Positions 39,106-64,000 are shown, numbered from the stretch's first letter. The stretch: 64,000 nucleotides of DNA from Octopus vulgaris (GCA_951406725.2 OX597816.1:174344001-174408000); one strand, 5' to 3'. The notes: generated from the sequence alone by a model not told the origin. Numbers and translations: made by a program.

Positions 39106-39900
39106 GTTTAACGTCCGTTTTCCGCGCTAGCACGGGTTGGACGGTTCGACCGGGGTCTGGGAAGCCAGGGGCCGCTCCAGGCTCCAGTCTGATCTGGCAG
39201 AGTTTCTACGGCTGGATGCCCTTCCTAACGCCAACCACTCCGTGAGTGGAGTGGGTGCCTTTTACGTGCCACCTGCACAGGGGCCGGGGCGTCCGGCATC
39301 GGTCACGATCGGTTCGAGCTTTTTAACGTACCCGCGGCACGGGGTCAACAGGGATCTGGGGTACTTGGAATGGGTGGGGGTGGGGAAGGTTGGGGGGGGG
39401 GGGTGAGGAGGAACGATGGCAGGAAGGGTTGGTGCAGGTTCGTAAGAAATAAAAACGTAGGATAATTACGAGGCGGGGAGGGGACTGGAAGGAGATAGTC
39501 GGATTGAGGCAGTGTCAGATTCAAAACAGGAGGAAGCGTAAGATCAGTGGGCGGTTGAAGAGCTGTGACACTAGTAGCTTGTCTTTTCACAGTGAAAGCA
39601 TATGAGGAGAAGGGGTGGTGGGGGAGGAGGAGGGAGTATCCGGTGTAGATGGTGAGAACAGTGTTCACCGGTATTGGTGGTGGTGGGGGTGGGAGGGCGG
39701 GTTCAGCCGTATTGGTGGTGGGGGTGGGAGGGCGGGTTCACCGCTATTGGTGGTGGGGGCGGGAGGGCGGGCGCACCGCGCATTGGGAGAAGATGAGGTT
39801 TTAGGCGGCAGAAAGAAGACAGGATTGAGATGAAATGCTTTGCGGTGGTGTGAATAAGTTTTTGTGAGTGAAAGTTTTTATGCTTCAGCTAGCATTTGAG
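39071..39900 (-). mobile_element. RTE-tail element with a different, G/C-skewed body
   Basis: (CAT)n-CGTTTAACGTCC tail to ~39345, then G-rich sequence unrelated to the main RTE. Confidence 0.6.
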
Positions 39901-39974
39901 ACGAAAGACAACGATAACGCTAATATATGGGGATACAATAATAATAAGGCTTGCAAAAACAATGAAAAGAGGAA

Positions 39975-41889
<1,915 letters not shown>

Positions 41890-41892
<3 letters not shown>

Positions 41893-44179
41893 GATAGTTG
41901 ATAGTTCCGTGGTAGCTAAGGCAATTAGAAGCATGAAGACAGGAAAAGCCCCAGGCCCATCAGGAATTACTGCAGAGATGCTCAAAATATCTGGTAGTGT
42001 CGGCTATAGCATAGTCACCCGTATAGTTAACCAGGTGATACACGAAGGAGTCATACCCAATGACTGGTGTAGCAGCATAATAGTCAACTGCTACAAAGGT
42101 AAAGGCGATGCCCTAGATACAAATAACTACAGGGGCATCAAGCTGTTGGATCAGGTAATGAAGGTTACGGAGAGGGTTATAGCCCAGTTAATTAGAGAGA
42201 GTTAGCTTAGATGATATGCAGTTTGGGTTCGTGCCAGGGAAAAGTACTACTGATGCTATATTCCTGGTAAGACAGCTGCAGGAGAAATACCTAGCCAAAG
42301 GTAAGCCCTTGTACCTGGCTTTTGTTGACTTGGAGAAAGCCTTTGACAGGGTCCCCCGATCCCTTATCTGGTGGTCAATGAGGAAACTAGGGATAGATGA
42401 ATGGTTAGTGAGAGCTGTGCGAGCCATGTACAGAGATGCAGCTAGTAAGGTGAGGGTTGGCAACGAGTACAGTGAAGAATTCCGGGTAGAGGTTGGGGTC
42501 CACCAAGGTTCAGTCCTCAGCCCCCTCCTATTTATCATAGTCCTCCAGGCAATAACGGAAGAATTTAAGACAGGATGCCCCTGGGAGCTCCTCTATGCTG
42601 ATGACCTTGCTCTAATTGCTGAGTCACTATCAGAACTGGAGGAGAAGTTTCAGGTGTGGAAACAAGGATTAGAATCGAAGGGCCTCAGAGTCAATCTAGC
42701 CAAAACCAAAGTCCTAATAAGTAGGAAGGTGGACCAACCACAAACGACTTCAGGTAGATGGCCCTGCTCAATCTGTGAAAAAGGTGTAGGTAGAAACTCT
42801 ATAAGGTGCACCAAGTGTAAGCTATGGACACATAAGAGGTGCAGCAATGTCAAAGGTAGGCTAACTGGGAAGATAGTTTTCGTATGTGGCAGATGCTCAG
42901 GAGAAATAAACACTGGAAATGTGCAGAGACCAACTTCTACCACGTTCCAGGGAGACAAACTAGAAGTAGTTGATAGCTTCAGCTACCTAGGAGACCAAGT
43001 TAGTAACCTTGCGGGGGTGGGTGTGCTGAAAGTGTAACTGCTAGAGTAAGAATAGCCTGGGCAAAGTTTAGAGAGCTCTTACCCCTGCTGGTGACAAAAG
43101 GCCTCTCGCTAAGAGTAAAAGGCAGACTTTATGATGCATGTGTGTGTACAGCCATGCTACATGGTAGTGAAACATGGGCCGTGACTGCTGAGGATATGCG
43201 TAAGCTCGCAAGAAATGAAGCCAGTATGCTCCGATGGATGTGTAATGTCAGTGTTCATAATCGTCAGAGTGTAAGTACCTTGAGAGAAAAGTTGAACCTA
43301 AGAAGCGTCAGTTGTGGTGTGCAAGAGAGACGGCTGCGCTGGTATGGTCATATGACGAGAATGGCTGAAGATAGTTGTGTGCAAAAGTGCTACACCCTAG
43401 CAGTTGAGGGAACCTGTGGAAGAGGTAGACCCAGGAAAACCTGGGACGAAGTGGTGAAGCACGACCTACGAAGTTTAGGTCTCACCAAGGAAATGACTAG
43501 AGACCTATGGAAGTATGCTGTGCGTGAGAAGACCCGGCAAGACTAGTCAGGCCATAACCCATGGCCCCTACCTGGGACGTAGTCAGTCCACCTGTGCATA
43601 CCTTCCTTCTTGTGATACTTGTGAAGACCTGTTGAGGCAAGTGAAAATCAAACAAAATCAAAATAGATGAACATCAATGGAATTTGTATCCTTGTGGTAC
43701 CAGTGCCGGTGGCACACAAGAAAACCATCCGAACGTGGCCGTAGCCAGTACCGCACCGACTGGCCTCCATGCTGTCGGCACGTAACAATCACCATCCAAT
43801 CGTGGCCGATCGCCAGCCTAATCTGGCTCCTGTGTCGGTGGCACATAAAAAACACCATCCGAGCGTGGTTGTCTGCTAGCCTTGTCTGGCACCTGTGTCG
43901 GTGGCACATAAAAACACCATCCGAGCGTGGGCACCTGTGTCGCTGGCACATAAAAACACCATCCAAGCGTGGCCGTTCGCCAGCCTCGTCTGGCACCTGT
44001 GTCGGTGGCACATAAAATCACCCACTACACTCTCGGAGTGGTTGGCGTTAGGAAGGGCATCCAGCTGTAGAAACACTGCCAGATCTGAGTGGCCTGGTGC
44101 AGCTTTCGGGCTCCCCAGACCCCAGTTGAACCGTCCAACCCATGCTAGCATGGAAAGCGGACGTTAAATGATGATGATG

Positions 44180-44181
<2 letters not shown>
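41890..44181 (+). mobile_element. RTE-clade LINE, 5'-truncated, with RT, internal Cys/His finger, repeat-bearing 3' UTR and (GAT)n tail
   Basis: GKAPGP, NYRGIKLL, FVDLEKAFDRV, GVHQGSVLSPLLF, LYADD, YDACV...LHGSETW, RLRWYGH, GRPRKTW. Two frameshifts. Ends GTTAAATGATGATGAT. Confidence 0.92.
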
Positions 44182-44216
<35 letters not shown>

Positions 44217-44219
44217 TAC

Positions 44220-44254
<35 letters not shown>

Positions 44255-44263
44255 CATATATAC

Positions 44264-44294
<31 letters not shown>

Positions 44295-44305
44295 CATATA
44301 TATAC

Positions 44306-44476
<171 letters not shown>

Positions 44477-44485
44477 TACATATAT

Positions 44486-46533
44486 AAAAGTGGTGAGAAG
44501 TCTCGGCTCGAAAGAATGCTAATGGAAACTGAGAAAAGTCTACATCAGTCCCTTGAAAAGGAGAGAGCAGATAAAGAAGCTTGGGTAATAGAAAATATAA
44601 AATCAAACCCTAAAGCTTTCTTTAAGTTTGCCAAAGAGACAGCCACAGTGCACCAGAGAATAGGACCTCTCTTCCAAAAAGATGGCTCTCTCACAGGAAA
44701 TCCACGAGGATAAGTGAAATACGGAACGAACAGTTCCAAAGTGTGTTCACTACACCTCTAGGACACAGGCAAGTAAACAACCCAGAAGAATTCTTTGCCA
44801 CTTTACCAGTGGCCAAAGAGACAAAATTGAGTACATCAACATCGAAGATGATGATATCACACTAGCCATTGATGAGATTGACACAAACTCAGCTGCTGGA
44901 CCTGATGGATTCCCAGCGATCCTTCTCAAATCGTGCAAACGAGCCCTTGCAAAACCGCTACAGCTTCTTTTTCAGAGCTTTCTTGCAAGTGGTAAGCTCC
45001 CAGTCAAATTGAAAGAGGGGGTAATATGCCCTATCCATAAGGGAGGTAGCAGAGCAGATGCTAAAAATTATAGGCCTATCTCTCTGACCTCACACATCAG
45101 CAAAGTCATGGAACGAATAGTCCGTAAGAAACTAATCATGTTCCTTGAAGAAAATGACTTGCTGTCTGACACCCAGCATGGATTTCGACCAGGTAGAGGC
45201 TACCTAACACAGCTCCTGCAACACTATGACTGGGTGTTGAAACAGCTACTAAATGGCTCAAATGTGGATGTAATATATCTCGACTTTGCAAAAGCCTTTG
45301 ATAAAGTCGACCATGGTATGATCTGTCACAAATTGCGTGGTCTCGGCATAGGCGGGAAACTTGGAGAGTGGCTGCACAACTTCCTAAAAGACAGAAAACA
45401 GGCAGTTGTGAGCAATGGAGCCACCTCCAAGGAAACGCAAATAACAAGCGGTGTCCCACAGGGCACTGTCTTGGGGCCACTGATGTTCATAGTGGCCCTT
45501 TCAGACATGCCTTCAGTTGCTACGATGATCACACTTGCTAGCTATGCAGATGACACAAAAGTCTCCCATGCAATACAAAACCCTGAAAATATTGTGCATC
45601 TGCAACGTGAGCTGGACACAATATACAGGTGGGCTGAGGACAACAACATGCAGTTTAATGCAGGTAAGTTCCAGGCCCTGCGCTACTGGCACACAAAGGT
45701 AAATGACGTGAAGACTGGATACACTGGCCCAGGAAGAATTGCAATCCCTGAGTCAAAATCAGTGCGTGACCTGGGCATTGACATGAGCAATGATGCATCT
45801 TTCCAAATGCATATTGCTAATCTGGTGATAAAATGCAGACGGCTAGCTGGATGGATTCTCCGAACTTTCAGAACAAGAGAGAAGGAGACACTGATGGTCC
45901 TATGGAAAACATTCGTCCTCAGCCGCTTGGACTACTGCTCCCAACTTTGGTCACCACACAATATAAAACAAACAGCAGAACTCGAAGCAATTCAGAGAAG
46001 CTACACAAAGAAAATCGTCTCAATGCAAAATATCAGCTACTGGGAAAGACTGAAGGTATTAAACCTCTTCTCCCTAGAGCGGAGGCGGGAGAGATATGCG
46101 GTGATATACATCTGGAAAATCCTGGAGGGTCTTGTCCCAAACTTTGGCATTCAAAGTTACTCCAACCGCAGAACAGGGCGCCACTGCATGGTGCCAAGGA
46201 TTCCAACATCACCATCAAAATACAGGTCCAGATACTGCAATAGCTTGGGTTTCAGAGGACCACAGCTCTTTAACATCCTCCCTAAATGCCTGAGAGACTT
46301 ACATGGTGTGGATGTGGGTTTCTTTAAAACTAAACTGGATCTCTTCTTGTTGGGAGTCCCAGATGAACCTACCTCACGACAGGAGACGCGGATGCGGGCA
46401 GCAGCATCGAACTCCTTGTTGATCAAGTGCCACGTATCAGAGGTGGATTCACAAACTAGTGTAGCTCATTCAGCGGTGGTGCCCCAGCATGGCCGCAGCC
46501 TTCGGGCTAAAACATTTTTAAGGATTTAAGGAT
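44486..46533 (+). mobile_element. CR1-group LINE family A, shorter 5'-truncated copy
   Basis: Nearly identical to 53970-56020. RT ORF 45009..46529, same 3' tail, flanked by (TA)n. Confidence 0.92.
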
Positions 46534-46539
46534 ACATAC

Positions 46540-46570
<31 letters not shown>

Positions 46571-46787
46571 CATACATATATATATATACATACATACATA
46601 TACATACATACATATATATATATACATATATATATATACATACATACATATACATACATACATATATATATATACATATATATATATACATACATACATA
46701 CATATATATATATACATACATACATATATATATATACATATATATATATACATATATGTATATATATATATATATACATATACATAC

Positions 46788-47374
46788 AATTAATAAGGGT
46801 GAGAGAATTAGATACTAATTAGATACTTATTAATTAATTATAATTATGCTACATTTATTTCTAAATGTAGTATTTGTTTCCGTGAAAGTTTGGCGCGCTG
46901 TTAGTAGGGGCATTTGAATTATAACGTCGGATGTAATCAATTGAACCACACGTGTATTTATCATTATGGTAAAATCTGGCGTGTGATTGAGTGGATTTCA
47001 TCCAGATAGTTTTGGCTGAGGAGCTACAAGTGGGTTTTTTTGTAAGTAAAATTACATTTAATTCATTAATAGCGAAACAATTGTCCCAAAATAATCTGTA
47101 TTTTTGTTATTTTTTATTTGCCCTGTTCGTGTGAGCTAACAATCGTACTGACTTTCATGTGAAACATGTATTTTTGTGGTTGAAACCTTTTGGATTTTCT
47201 AGTGCTAGAATGAGCCACATAGTGACCATTCTCTTATATTTATTTTTGTATAAAATAATATTATAATATATTATAAAATATTATAATAATCCAGGTTTCT
47301 CGAGGCACTGGGCCACTTGGTGTTGAATGGACATACTATTAAATTAGTATCTAATTCTCTCACCCTTATTAATT
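46788..47374. mobile_element. ~590-bp island with 33-bp terminal inverted repeats inside (TA)n
   Basis: AATTAATAAGGGTGAGAGAATTAGATACTAATT ... AATTAGTATCTAATTCTCTCACCCTTATTAATT. Confidence 0.7.
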
Positions 47375-47377
47375 AAT

Positions 47378-49360
<1,983 letters not shown>

Positions 49361-49782
49361 TATGTACATATGTGTGTGTGTGTGCATGTGAAAGGAAAGA
49401 GAGAGAGAAAATGCAATTTTCATAAGTCATATTTATCTTCAGCAAGGCATACAGAGATGCTTAAGGCATACCAAACAAATCTCAATAAACTGTCCACCAT
49501 TTTTCGTGTGAGAAACATTTCTGAGTCCTAAATCTCAGAGCAACATGTTTTACTATAACCATGTCACAGCTAGAAGCATTGATAAAAGATTGATTGTGGT
49601 ATGCCAAGGTTAACCCTCACAGGTACACACACACATGCACAAACGTTAAAAAAATAACACAGAGTCATTTCATCAATAGTTCAAAACTGCATTCACTATA
49701 GAGAATCTTCAGGTATGACATCAATATTAAAGCTATACATTTGAAAAGATATTGAGATGAGAAAACAGAACAACTTTTTTAC

Positions 49783-49986
49783 CTTAGGCCGCTTCCATTC
49801 AATTGTTCCTATTCTAGAAACCTTCTCTGGAGTGAAAAACACTGAAGTGTTTACTGTAGGAAACTCAGGATCCACAAACAAGGTGCCTTTGCTTATACAT
49901 TCTTGCTTCAGTTTGGCATAGTCTTGGTCCTTGTACTGTTTAATTGATGTTCCAAACAACCCCTTTGCTAGGTCAAGTATAGGCAT
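49783..49986 (-). CDS. CAPN5: Calpain-5 (TRA-3)-like protease, first coding exon (MPILDLAKG...LFVDPEFP...IEWKRPK)
   Basis: Calpain N-terminal motifs LFVDPEFP and WKRP. ATG at 49986 lies 7 nt after a TTTTCAG acceptor (exon starts 49993). GT donor at 49782-49781, phase 0. Confidence 0.9.
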
Positions 49987-50084
49987 TTTGGTGCTGAAAA
50001 GATAATTCACATTTTCATTGGCTAAACAACAATTTAAACAGAAAATCCAACTTCAAAATCATAAAGCATATATGTTATCATAGG

Positions 50085-51240
50085 AGGTACCCACCCAAGA
50101 TCAAGGACCTTGAAGCCTTCAAAGCAGACCTGCTGGACATTATTGCCAGACTAAAATTCCATAAGACTTCTAGCTCCTTCCAACACAAGCTCTGTATTGA
50201 CTACTCTTTAGACTACTAAAAAATTCTAAACAGATCCCTAATCTTCTCAAACAAGATTTTAAAAAACTATATATGATAGACACTCATATTTATAACAGAC
50301 TTTTAGAGGACATTACCCAGAACTACAGGTACACTTCTCCACATAAAACAGCATCAACAGAGGCCAATGACTTAGATATAGCAGAGAGGGTAGAAATTTT
50401 AGCTAAAAGGAATGCCTCAATCACTATCAAAGACCATAAACCAAACTTTGGCTCTAACCCCAACTACTGCCTGATCAACCCAGCTAAATCCAAGATCAGT
50501 CTAGTGAACAAACACGTACTGGGGAACATCAACAATGACATAAGGAAAGCCACCAACCTCTCCTTATGATGCAACACCAACAAGGTGATTACATGGTTCA
50601 ATACCAACAAGGAGAGGGCAGAGTAAGGTTCACCTAGTTTGATCCAGTCAATGTTTACCCATCTATATCAAAAGGGTTACTTGGTCAAGGCACTTTCCTT
50701 TACTAGGAGCTTCACTGATATTAGCAATAGGGACATAGATGTCATCGTACATAGCAGGAATATGGTGTAGTTTAATAAAGGTTCGACTGGGGTCAAGCAA
50801 ACTGACCCATGGGCTCTTTTGATGTAGCTATGAGAGTCTACAACAGCGCTGATGTATGTGACCTCATTGGGTTGTATATCCTGGATATCCTAAAGAAGAA
50901 ATTCCCCTCTGTCCTCTTTGGTCTCTATAGAGATGATGCCTGGGCTATCTCCAGAGTGGCTTATGGGCATACCTAGATAAGCTTAGGAGAGATTTTATTA
51001 ACACACTTAGCTCAATGGAACTGATAATTACAATCGAGATCAGCTTCACCACCACAGACTTCTTAGATGTCAGACACTCAACTTGGGCTCTGGTATATAC
51101 AGGCCTTACTGCAAGCCAAACGAGGGGCTGGCATATATCGACACAGCCTCCTGCCACCCATCCATTCTGTTCAGAAACCTGGTGAAGGGTGTCAGTAAGA
51201 GGAACCATGCTTCCTCACCTCATTCCATCTCTTCCTGGGT
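50085..51240 (+). pseudogene. Decayed second Penelope/Naiad RT, just upstream of the first calpain coding exon
   Basis: Fragments ITIKDHKPNF...LINPAKSKI, FDVAM...DVCDLIGLYIL, GLYRDD, YRPYCKPNE, collinear with the 736-2876 ORF. Many stops and frameshifts. Confidence 0.85.
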
Positions 51241-51243
51241 CTG

Positions 51244-57102
<5,859 letters not shown>

Positions 57103-57239
57103 TTATATTTTTAAAAAAACATACAAATTTCCACACGAAAGCACGTAACTTCAAACGTGCCTTCTCTGATGTGAATTTGCTACCCAGGTATCGGTTAACC
57201 GAATTATCCATAACAAGATAATTCATTCAACTACTCAAA

Positions 57240-57285
<46 letters not shown>

Positions 57286-57365
57286 GATATACATATATAC
57301 ACATACATATATATATAAACATATAGATATATATATACACATAGATATATAGAATATACATATGT

Positions 57366-57400
<35 letters not shown>

Positions 57401-57519
57401 TAGATAGATAGATATATACATACACACACATACAGATATATATATATATATACACACACATACAGATATATATATATATATACACACACATATATATATA
57501 GATATATATATACATGTAG

Positions 57520-57550
<31 letters not shown>

Positions 57551-57621
57551 CATATACATATATATATGTATATATATATATATATATACATGTAGATATA
57601 TATATGTAGATATATATATGT

Positions 57622-57678
<57 letters not shown>

Positions 57679-57763
57679 AATCCAAACAAGAAAGCACAAA
57701 AATACACAACAACGTGAGGATGTGGAACAAATATAGTATTATTGGACGCTGCGGAAAAAAGGA

Positions 57764-59651
57764 AAGAAAGAGATCCTCAAACAAAACTGGCCTGAATGTC
57801 TCTCCTCGCCAGACATCGATATGAATCTTCAATAATTCATGTCTGTAATGCAAGCCACATGCTACAAATGTGTCCCAGACAGAAAGGCCACTGTACACAA
57901 GAACAAAATCCCCAGAGAGAGGAAAATTCTTATGAGACGGCATACAAAAGTTTCAAATCGCCTAAACAAACAAATTGAAAGCAGTGAAAAGTCCCGCCTG
58001 AAAATAAAACTGTTAGAAATTGAAAAATGTCTGCAACTCTCCCATGAAAAAGAAAGAGCAGACAAAGAAGCCTGGGCTATAGACAACATAAAATCTAACC
58101 TCAGAGCTTTCTACAAGTTTGCAAAAGAAACAGTTATGGTGCACTGTAGGATAGGGCCACTCCTTGAAAGGGATGGTACACTCACAGGAAATCCAATGAG
58201 GATAAGTGAAATACTAAATGAGCAATTCAAGAGTATTTTCACTCCACCCCTAGGGTATTTTCAAGTCAGCAATCCAACTGACTTCTTTACCACTGCAGAT
58301 ATAAAATCAGAGGCAACGATTATTGATTACATCAATATAAAGGAAGATGATGTAATAAAGGCTATAGATGAAATGAACACAAACTCAGCTACTGGGCCCG
58401 ATGGATTCCCAGCAATCCTTCTAAAAGTTCCTCTTTCAGAGCTTCCTTGCCACTGGCAAACTTCCAAGAAAACTGAAGGAAGGTAAAATATGCCCTATTC
58501 ATAAAGGAGGTAGCAGGGCGGAGGCCAAGAACTACAGACCTATCTCTCTGACCTCACACATCAGCAATGTCATGGAACGAATAGTCAGAAGAGAACTAAT
58601 CGCCTTCCTTGAAGAAAATGACTTGCTGCCTGACATCCAACATGGTTTCCGACCAGGAAGAAGCTGCCTAACTCAACTCCTACAACACTATGCCTGGGTG
58701 TTGAAACAACTACTCAACCACTCAAATGTGGAAGTGATATATCTCGACTTTGCAAAGGCCTTTGATAAAGTCGATCATGTAATGATATGTCACAAACTGC
58801 GTGATCTTGGCATAGTTGGAAAATTGGGAGAATGGCTTCATGACTTTCTGAAGGATAGAAGTCAGGTGGTAGTAGCCAATGGGGCCACCTCCATTAACAC
58901 GGAAATAGTGAGCGGTGTTCCGCAAGGCACTGTTTTGGGACCACTACTGTTCATAATGGCCCTCTCAGACATGCCCTCAGCCATGCAGAGAGCCACGATC
59001 ACAAGTTATGCAGATGATACAAAAGTTTCACAGGCAATACAGAACCCTGAAGACACTAAGCACCTGCAATGTGAGCTGAACAAAATATACAAGTGGGCTG
59101 AAAAGAATAGCATGCTGTTCAATGCTGAAAAGTTTCAAGCTTTATGCTATCAGCATGCAAAACTAAATGCAATACCCAATAAATACACTGGACCTGGAGG
59201 GATTGCAATTTCAGAGGCACAATCAGTGCAAGGCCTGGGTATTTACATGAGTAATGATGCAACCTTTCATGTGCATGTTGCTAAATTGGCAATGAAATGT
59301 AGGTGGCTGACCAGATGGATTCTTAGAGCCTTTAGAACAAGAGACCAGGAAACCATGATGGTCCTCTGGAGGACACTTGTCCTAAGCCACTTTGACTATT
59401 GCTATCAGCTATGGTCACCATCCAGTGTCAAATTAATCATAGAACTTGAGACGATCCAATGAAACTACATGAAGAAGATAGCCTCTGTGCAGCATTTAAG
59501 CTATTGGGAAAGACTAAAGAGATTAAGACTCTATTCCTTAGAGCGTAGGCAAGAAAGATATGCCATAATATACATCTGGAAGATCCTGGAAGGACTTGTC
59601 CCAAACTTTGGCATCGGGAGTTACACAAATACTAGAACTGGGCGCCACTGC
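57764..59651 (+). mobile_element. CR1-group LINE family B copy, 3' end cut off by the hammerhead fold-back element
   Basis: ORFs 57839..58486 and 58572..59462, nearly identical to the 36.2-37.9 kb copy. Homology stops at GGGCGCCACTGC (59651). Confidence 0.9.
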
Positions 59652-59807
59652 AATCTGCAATCTCATCAGCATAGTCTGTTGTATAGAAATACAATTTGCA
59701 GGACTAGATACAAAAACGCTTGACCGGAGTCCCGGTCAAGCGTTTTTGTATCTAGTCCTGCAAATTGTGTTTGTATAGGAGAGACTATGCTGATGAGATT
59801 GCAGATT
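59652..59807. repeat. ~76-bp inverted repeat with 4-nt loop
   Basis: 59652-59727 versus 59732-59807. Inner ~37 bp are perfect. Confidence 0.9.
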
Positions 59808-59859
59808 TCCACGTATCCATATGCGTGGATATTAACAATCGAAACTGATCGGTACATAG
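59785..59859 (+). ncRNA. Type I hammerhead ribozyme with extended stem II
   Basis: CTATG-CTGATGA-GATTG...CAATC-GAAA-CTGATCGG-TA-CATAG: all three stems pair, GATC palindrome in loop III. Confidence 0.85.
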
Positions 59860-60007
59860 GTAATCGTTATTATTTCCTATATTTTCATTTGTCTTTGGTT
59901 TGTGCTGAGTTTTTATTTGAGAACACATTCTTCATGGAAAATAGTGATTTGACATCAATATCTAGCATGTTGACCGTCCACTTTTAGTGGTCAGTCCTTT
60001 AAATTTT

Positions 60008-62010
<2,003 letters not shown>

Positions 62011-62479
62011 TCGTCCAAAAGTAACAGGAAGGACAAGAAGAAAGACAAAAAACCAAAATACCAAAGGGAAAATGAAGAAGCATAAGGATAGAAACTGTAA
62101 GTGCCCTGGTTGTATGAAAATTTTACTTAAATGGCACCTGCTGGCATGGAGAAATGGGAGAGGGCTGCAGCTTTACCCATCCCATATCTCATCAGAACAA
62201 CAAGCAGGGTAACCTGAAACAAAACCAGCAGAAACATAGAGGGAAATCATCAAGCATAGATCTGCAGACTAACAGTACACCAACATGAAGAAACGTACCT
62301 CAAAAGAGATGGGAAAGAGACCAACTCATGGACTCTGCACCCCTCAAAAGACAATATGCAGAGGCTGTATGAACTCCAGCTATCAAACAACAGTCTTTTT
62401 TTAACGTGGTCCTTCTCAGCGGCTGACATGGATGCACAGGATGAAAACTCAAAGCCATGCAATGTACAAGACCACTTCA

Positions 62480-63550
62480 GGTGACAAGCCCAGGATGGCC
62501 ACCACTAACACCTATCCTGATATCATACCCATATTCCTGCTGAACATTGGAGGTCTGCTGCAACTCAGCAACAGAGGTAAAATTCTCTATCTAAAAGAGC
62601 TTGCTATATGGAATCAAGCAATATGCATGGCACTCACTGAAATGCATCTAGCTACTAATGTAAGAGATGTGGAAGTGCATATACCAGGGTATGCTGTATT
62701 TTGTACAGACAGAAGAGAAAGAAGCCACAGTGGAGTTGCTATGTATATCTGTGAAGATGTCACACCTCTAGTATTACTGTCACACTCAAACTCAATTTGT
62801 GACACTTTAATAATATAAAGCAAGTTGATGTAGTTGTATGCACAATATATCGTCCACTGAATACCACAAAATATGATGGCAAATTTAAGGATAGCCTCAA
62901 ACACATCGAAGAGATATTATCAAATGTATTAACAAACCTAGATCAGAATATCAACATACTATTCCTGGGTGATTTCAGTCTCCCACATGTTAAAAGGCCA
63001 GAAGGCCACATCCTCTCTGGGATGTCATTGCATGAACAAAAGCATGTAGAGTCATTACTTGAACTTACTAATAAGCTGTTTATGGAGCAAGTGACACTCA
63101 GGCCAACCAGGGGAGACATATTGGAACTATGCTTCACAAATAATGTGGACCTTATCCATAATGTGAAGGTGATACCAACGGCACTCTCAGATCACAACAT
63201 TGTTGAATTAACTATGTATGGCCCTGCGTGAACTATTGGTATCTACCCTATCAGGAGGACTCAAGCTTTATCCAACCTGAATTTCAATAAGTAAAATGGG
63301 AATCAATCTGCAAAGAGATCCACAAACAAAACTGGTCCAACATTCTGTGTATGCAAGACATTGATTTGAAACTCAGCCAGTTTATGTCAACAGTGCAAGC
63401 TATATGCACTAAATATATCCAAGAAAGGCCAGCACACTGACAAACAAGATTACCAAGGATAAAAAATTCTCATGAGGTGCAGGTCAAAGATCTCAAAGCA
63501 GCTGAATAGGCAACTGAAGGATAAAGGAAGAAACAAATTGGAAAACCTCA
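62480..63550 (+). pseudogene. Decayed CR1-group LINE, APE endonuclease region
   Basis: LNIGGL, LTEMHL, GVAMYI, LGDFSLP, LELCFTN, LSDHNIV, collinear with 53083-54000. Several stops. Confidence 0.8.
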
Positions 63551-64000
63551 ATACATCTCAGAGTGACAAAAAAATGAGCAAAGTACCAAGTGGTTGTGGG
63601 TTGTGCAAGAAACAAAAGCTAAATCTCCCTTAGATTATATGCTTTTTGTCTGAAAATCATTTTGAAATTATGAACAGAAACAAACTGCAGATTCAGAATA
63701 TCTGTTTTAAAACTATCATTTAAAAAATTCAAAAAAAGCCTAAATTCATGGAGGGGTAGTGCTAATGAATAAAATGTTTTTAAGATTTCCCTATTGTTTT
63801 TAAATTACATTTAATTTTCTGTTTGAAAATAAAGGCAGTGGGGATTGTAATGGTGATTATCAGTTTTTTTTAAACCTTAATGGCTTCTGCCACTGTTTTT
63901 TAGTGCATAATGCAAAAAAAATAATAAATCAATAAACATAGGCCAAGATTGGTACTGAGTGGGGAGTAAGGTTTGAAGAAATTCTCTAATTTTCAAAACT

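Noticed and set aside
43695-44025. CRISPR-like repeat/spacer look of the GTGCC/GGCAC array
   Set aside because: Eukaryotic context, the 'spacers' are homologous to each other, there are no cas genes, and it is part of an RTE 3' UTR.
47145-47172. CTGA...GAAACATGTA hammerhead candidate
   Set aside because: Lacks CTGANGA and a stem I.
49987-50010. Upstream start given by the ORF track (MNYLFSTK)
   Set aside because: It starts at a non-ATG codon and overlaps the polypyrimidine/AG acceptor; the ATG at 49986 is preferred.

Overview
Eukaryotic, very AT- and microsatellite-rich genomic DNA. The SINE/LINE repertoire and long (TA)n/(CA)n tracts suggest an octopus (coleoid cephalopod); this is inference. 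One host gene is present: a minus-strand calpain-5/TRA-3-like protease. I traced 8 coding exons with GT-AG borders and consistent phases (49986 down to 7964, 436 codons, catalytic Cys/His/Asn intact); the 3' exons lie beyond the left edge. The introns are packed with mobile DNA: a nearly intact Penelope-like (Naiad-type) RT+GIY-YIG element with an inverted pseudo-LTR, a decayed second Penelope, two CR1-like LINE families sitting in (TA)n, RTE LINEs (one with a PHD-type finger inside ORF2), a HERO-like 3' end, a Gypsy relic, hAT and piggyBac-type DNA elements and three SINE families. The most notable signal is a set of type I hammerhead ribozymes (three well-formed cores, two degenerate, one half-core), several inside fold-back islands embedded in (TA)n. 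Nearly all long IY/YI/HT-rich ORFs in the track are microsatellite artefacts.
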